IMG/VR virus record: IMGVR_UViG_3300037067_003221
Coordinates: 32,001-96,000 of that record
DNA from: a virus
Taxonomy: Duplodnaviria; Caudoviricetes
DNA: 64,000 bases
Direction: 5' to 3' (one strand)
Shown: positions 59,863 to 64,000 of the stretch, one piece after another
Position numbering within the stretch: the first letter of the stretch is position 1
How the letters are laid out: each line of letters opens with the position of its first letter
Translations under genes and position numbers: made by a program
The notes under the pieces: generated by a model
The model's input: the letters and a program-made list of their open reading frames with translations, nothing else
The model's database searches: none
What the model was told of the DNA's origin: nothing

Positions 59863-60931
59863 CTTTCGCACCCTTTCTATCCAAGTAATCGGCGGATACA
59901 CTTTTCAAAATCATCCGGCCAATGTGACAAGTTTGCTCAACCAACGGAGTCACAACACAGCCTTCGCGGCCTTTGAACTTACAGGCGGGGTCAAACGTAG
60001 TTGGACCGTAAGTAAGTTCTTTCAAAATATCCAATGAGAATGGGCCAACATACAATACTGGCACCAATTCTACGCCATAAACATTGCACCAAGTTTCCAG
60101 AACGTCCCAATTGACGTACTGACCGTTAATCATCATGTCAAAGACACGGTAGCCCAATTGGCCGCTCGGAACACCATAGTCCAAGTCTTGTACGCCAGGG
60201 CCGAACAACTCACCATATACGACAACCTCATTGGTTTCGTCGCAAATGTCGGTCAGCATGTGCAGGATATTTTCATACTGCAACGGCTCCCAGTAAACAT
60301 TGACTTTCAATTCGTCGGCCAAGTCCGAGTAGTAACACTCATGGGTGAATTGTTTCTTCACACAATGATGCGAACCGCCAACAAACTGCCATTCACCATC
60401 GATCTTGATAAGACCAATGCGGCTATTAGTTCCGTGAATCTTTTCGGTGATTCGTACTGGCAAACCCTCCTCGATAACACTGTGATTTTTCCAGTGGTGC
60501 TGGATGCTGGTGTATTCAGGGAAATTCAACAGCTTGTGGCTTGTCTTAGCTTGGCCCTGGCGCAGTTGTGCCCGCGTGATAGGCGGCTCATACTTTACTG
60601 CACCGTAGTAGTCGGATACATCCGTACCCTCAGCCTTACCAACCAGCGGCTCCGGTACAACTTGAATGAAGCCGTAAGACGGAGTACCCCGCAAACGGGT
60701 GGCCGCAATACGGTTGCCATGTTTCAAGTACGCCTTGACTCCAAGGCCAATTGCTACCGGCTCTGGCAAAATCATGTCAGGCGGGAAGAATACAGCCAAG
60801 TCACCGGCCTTAAATTGGCCAATAGGTGCAAGAGTCTGAGTGCCAAGGATGGTGACAATCTCAAGCCGATCCGCATTAGGATGTGGCGAGATTCCAATTA
60901 CCCGTTCAATACTTACGTTAATTTCCGACAT
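59825..60931 (-). CDS. ATP-dependent RNA ligase, DRB0094/Rnl5 family
   Basis: N-terminal OB domain HPNADRLE; TEKIHGTN, GELFG, FD, REGCVV, LKSVS. Confidence 0.9.
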   Translation of the reverse strand: MSEINVSIERVIGISPHPNADRLEIVTILGTQTLAPIGQFKAGDLAVFFPPDMILPEPVAIGLGVKAYLKHGNRIAATRLRGTPSYGFIQVVPEPLVGKAEGTDVSDYYGAVKYEPPITRAQLRQGQAKTSHKLLNFPEYTSIQHHWKNHSVIEEGLPVRITEKIHGTNSRIGLIKIDGEWQFVGGSHHCVKKQFTHECYYSDLADELKVNVYWEPLQYENILHMLTDICDETNEVVVYGELFGPGVQDLDYGVPSGQLGYRVFDMMINGQYVNWDVLETWCNVYGVELVPVLYVGPFSLDILKELTYGPTTFDPACKFKGREGCVVTPLVEQTCHIGRMILKSVSADYLDRKGAKDDGELDDEGISD

Positions 60932-61422
60932 GCTGAGTTCCTTGTTAATCGTTTTCTGCGTTTGTTGTTCCGCAATTTAACGTGTGTTTCTCTATGACAG
61001 TTAGCGCACAACAAATCACATTTGTCTAGTTCGTGTTTTGTTTTATTCCAACTGTTGCGTAAATGTATCGTGTGATCTTTACATTTAGGATTCCTGTGAT
61101 GAAATTCCAAAGCGGCTAAGTATTTATCGTAACCGCAAAGTTTACATTTCCCACCCTTGTAATCTACAGCACGTTGCTTAAATACATCATTATGTTGCAC
61201 TATACAAGCATAATTACTGCACTTATAATTACAATAGACATGATCTTTTCTTACTGGCAAAAACCAATGCCCACAAACTTTACAACGTCGTTTTGATCGT
61301 GCAGGTTGTTTATTCCGCCATTTTAAGTTCCTCGCTAGGCGTTGACAATTATCCGTACAATACTGAGAATTATAATGCTTCGGATAAAACCAGTGTCCAC
61401 AACCAATACAGCGTCGTTTCAT
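60913..61422 (-). CDS. HNH endonuclease
   Basis: YKGGKCKLCGY..LEFHH..ELDKCDLLCANCHRETH. Confidence 0.85.
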   Translation of the reverse strand: MKRRCIGCGHWFYPKHYNSQYCTDNCQRLARNLKWRNKQPARSKRRCKVCGHWFLPVRKDHVYCNYKCSNYACIVQHNDVFKQRAVDYKGGKCKLCGYDKYLAALEFHHRNPKCKDHTIHLRNSWNKTKHELDKCDLLCANCHRETHVKLRNNKRRKRLTRNSACRKLT

Positions 61423-61453
61423 AATCTATACTCTGCAAATCCTGTGCCAAAAG

Positions 61454-61525
61454 TCGCTCCGGTAGGATTCGGACCTACTTCACCACTTTCGTAGAGTGGT
61501 ATGCTGTCCACTGCACCACGGAGCG
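61454..61525 (-). tRNA. tRNA-Arg(ACG)
   Basis: CCACT-CTACGAA-AGTGG; acceptor CGCTCCG/CGGAGCG; atypical T loop TCCGAAT. Confidence 0.8.
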
Positions 61526-62040
61526 AAATGCCCTCGGAGCGTCCCACGTCTGGGCCATTCCGGGGCCGGTAAATCACATCCCGATTGCAAACTTTGCCAC
61601 ATAGTATGGCCAACTGGCAATCCATCCGGCTTCATACCACCCGACTGGAACTCCGTAAGCTACTAAATGAGCAGTCAAAACAGTACAACCACCAGCCCAA
61701 TAGGACACAGCCGCAATAAGCAATTTCTTCATTTTTTCCTCAAATTAAACCTTGTTCTTTTAGTAGTGCATGGGAAAATACGCTCGGCTCCCATTCCACA
61801 CTTACATCTATTTTGGAGTTGGCCGACTTCAACTCCTCTGTCATAACATCTAATGATTTGCGATAACCTAACCCTTCTCGCCATAGGGAAACAAAGTGGG
61901 CTGCTGCTTTACGGGCGGTACTCCCGTCACACCCGGCTATGGTAACTATACCATGATTCCAGATGAACCGCCAAGCAGCCATAGTTTTACATCCAGCCCT
62001 TACACCCGCCGTGACTTCGCTTACTTTTACATTATCATTT

Positions 62041-63147
62041 CTATTCAATATCTCTCTGTCTAAAATACCTCGCGTCTTTCGGGATACCATCGTCGCTCAA
62101 CTCCCTGTATTTGAAAGTAACTAATTGTCCAATCTTAAAATACTTTCCTTGAAATCCACTCGGCATATCCTCGCCCGGCTGCTTCGCGGCTTCCCGCGAC
62201 ATAGCTTCCGTTTGAAATGCTCGTTCTGGATTAGTTAGACCAGATAATTCTAATCTCTGTCCTTTATAATCCAAAATCAAGGCTCCAATAAGGCCAAGCA
62301 ATTTGCTTCCCTTATCAGTCTCGCGGCCAGATGTAAAGCCGACTAATGTGCCCTCAGCATCATCATACGGTTTATACTTTAATACATCGTGCGACCGTTT
62401 AGGAATCCACAGTCCTTTTGGATTCCTGAATACCAAGCCCTCGCCGCCTAATTCCAACACCCTGTTCAGTAACCCCTCTACTTCCTCTCTACGTATATTC
62501 TTGGACAATAGAGTATGCCGGTGTAAATAGGCCACACTGCCTTCCGATGGTATAGCGGCGTTAAGCAACTCCATTTCATCTTTGAAGCACGTTCCCGCTG
62601 GAATAAATCGTACATCAACTAAACGACCGTCATCTACTCGATCTAACCACGCTTTAACTTCGTCGTAAAATATCTTACGTTTGAAGTTACTGTCTTTAAT
62701 CTCACCATTTCTAAATACACTCTCAAATGGTGGACTCCCAAAAATTGGATATTCAATCTGTTCCCACTCTTTATCAATTGGAACATCCTTCGATACAACC
62801 GACCGACAGAATTGGAATCTGCCACGACCAGCCCAAAGTTCGCCGTCAAGCGGCATACAAGGTAGTTGATTGAGCCACCAATCAGGGGCTACAATGGGAT
62901 TTCCATACCGACTCCATAGGCCGGTAGCAAACTCTCGCACCTTGGTCTTGATCTTCCCCGTCTTAGGGTTATGGATTCCTGCCCAAGGCACTTCCATTGT
63001 CGGTAATCCTCGACTCAGCCCACCGTCCCAAAAACAGCGGGTGCCGTCCAGTTTTTCCGAGTATAACCAGCCGCCAACATTCGTGCGGTCATTATACTTG
63101 TGTGCCTGTTGCAAAAATTCACGTCGTTCGAGATCGGATTTTAACAT
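62041..63147 (-). CDS. ATP-dependent DNA ligase
   Basis: SEKLDG, LDGELW, GGEGLV, LKYK; C-terminal OB domain (TFKY..GIPK.ARY). Confidence 0.92.
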   Translation of the reverse strand: MLKSDLERREFLQQAHKYNDRTNVGGWLYSEKLDGTRCFWDGGLSRGLPTMEVPWAGIHNPKTGKIKTKVREFATGLWSRYGNPIVAPDWWLNQLPCMPLDGELWAGRGRFQFCRSVVSKDVPIDKEWEQIEYPIFGSPPFESVFRNGEIKDSNFKRKIFYDEVKAWLDRVDDGRLVDVRFIPAGTCFKDEMELLNAAIPSEGSVAYLHRHTLLSKNIRREEVEGLLNRVLELGGEGLVFRNPKGLWIPKRSHDVLKYKPYDDAEGTLVGFTSGRETDKGSKLLGLIGALILDYKGQRLELSGLTNPERAFQTEAMSREAAKQPGEDMPSGFQGKYFKIGQLVTFKYRELSDDGIPKDARYFRQRDIE

Positions 63148-63408
63148 GGGTTAATGTGCGGCTTGGCCGGTGTTGGAGTGGGTGCTTGTTTTTTCAACAA
63201 CTCAAAATCAATCCGAAGGTGGTCATTGTCCTTCTGCAAAGCGTCAACACGAATTTGCAATTTGGTGGCTTTCGCCCGCATATAAATTGCTCGTTGATAG
63301 TTTAATTGTCGATCAACTTCGGCCCGTTGGTACATGAAAAATCCACCGTAGCAGATAATCGCACCAACGATTGTTCCGAAAAGCGTCCCTAGAATTGCTG
63401 TTTTCATA

Positions 63409-63993
63409 TTAACTGCCTTTCTTTGTAACGAGTTGTGCCTGCAACGCTTTAATCATATTCTTATTTGATTCAGCGTTATCAATCAGACATTTAACATCGT
63501 TAGCAGACGCATCCAGTTTCTTTTGCAACTCTTCAATGATAACCTCATTCTTTGCGATGGTTGCTTTAAGTTCCTCAATCTGCTTCTTTGCAGAGAAATA
63601 ATCGCATTTAGATTGATCTAGCAACTCCAAACTAACATCCAAACGCGCACCCAACTTGGCATTTTCGTCGGTTAGTTCCTTAATGGTGGTGGCACTTTCT
63701 TCCAAAACACCTTGTAACCGACCATTCTCTTCTCGCAACTGCTTCACCCCGGCAGCAAATTTTGAAAGCATATCGTCCTGCTTTTCAATTCGCCGTGCTT
63801 GGATGGTTGCAATCTCTTGGCATTTTTCAGCATACTGAATGGTGCCTGTTGCTCTGCACAAATCGACAAACTGTTCATAGTTCATCTTATTGGCTTCATC
63901 GAACTCAGTCAATACCTTGTGGGTTGTGTAGTGGTCAACAGCAACAACCGACACGGCCAAAATCGCCAATACCATATAAAGGTACTTAGTCAA
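63409..63993 (-). CDS. Membrane-anchored coiled-coil protein (start uncertain, at window edge)
   Basis: N-terminal hydrophobic segment and a long heptad-rich region. Confidence 0.55.
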   Translation of the reverse strand: MTKYLYMVLAILAVSVVAVDHYTTHKVLTEFDEANKMNYEQFVDLCRATGTIQYAEKCQEIATIQARRIEKQDDMLSKFAAGVKQLREENGRLQGVLEESATTIKELTDENAKLGARLDVSLELLDQSKCDYFSAKKQIEELKATIAKNEVIIEELQKKLDASANDVKCLIDNAESNKNMIKALQAQLVTKKGS

Positions 63994-64000
63994 TTTGCTC

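Overview
64-kb segment of a large lytic-type bacteriophage genome (standard genetic code). No structural or polymerase genes are present. Apart from three plus-strand genes at the left end (peptide deformylase, two HNH-like proteins), everything is densely packed on the minus strand and driven by more than 25 near-consensus sigma70-type promoters (TTGACA/T-N16-TATAAT/TATAGT/TATACT), many of which produce leaderless mRNAs. A Planctomycetota host is suggested by a TatA and a small coiled-coil protein with planctomycete-like motifs (inference). Recognisable cargo: an RNA-repair/quality-control set (RtcB, DRB0094/Rnl5-type RNA ligase, Ro60/TROVE protein), about 10 tRNAs plus several pseudo-tRNAs, four paralogous amidoligases with a class-II glutamine amidotransferase, four radical SAM enzymes, an HD (p)ppGpp-hydrolase-like protein, SPFH, DeoC with a nucleoside-deoxyribosyltransferase-like protein, a DNA methyltransferase, a BCS1-like AAA ATPase, a PD-(D/E)XK nuclease and an ATP-dependent DNA ligase. 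Strongest candidates for undescribed biology: (1) the Ro60 locus with three Y-RNA-like elements, one of them a Ro-binding helix grafted into the anticodon position of a normally ordered tRNA; (2) a promoter-driven tRNA-like RNA with three T-loops leading the rtcB unit, plus related RNAs; (3) a dispersed CGGGGTC/GACCCCG inverted-repeat element that punctuates transcription units only in the first 33.5 kb; (4) a 43-bp box recurring about every 22 kb; (5) two paralog arrays (seven 'GGPP' proteins and six 'DxxGNxNC' Cys-repeat proteins). All calls come from motif reading by eye; no database searches were run.
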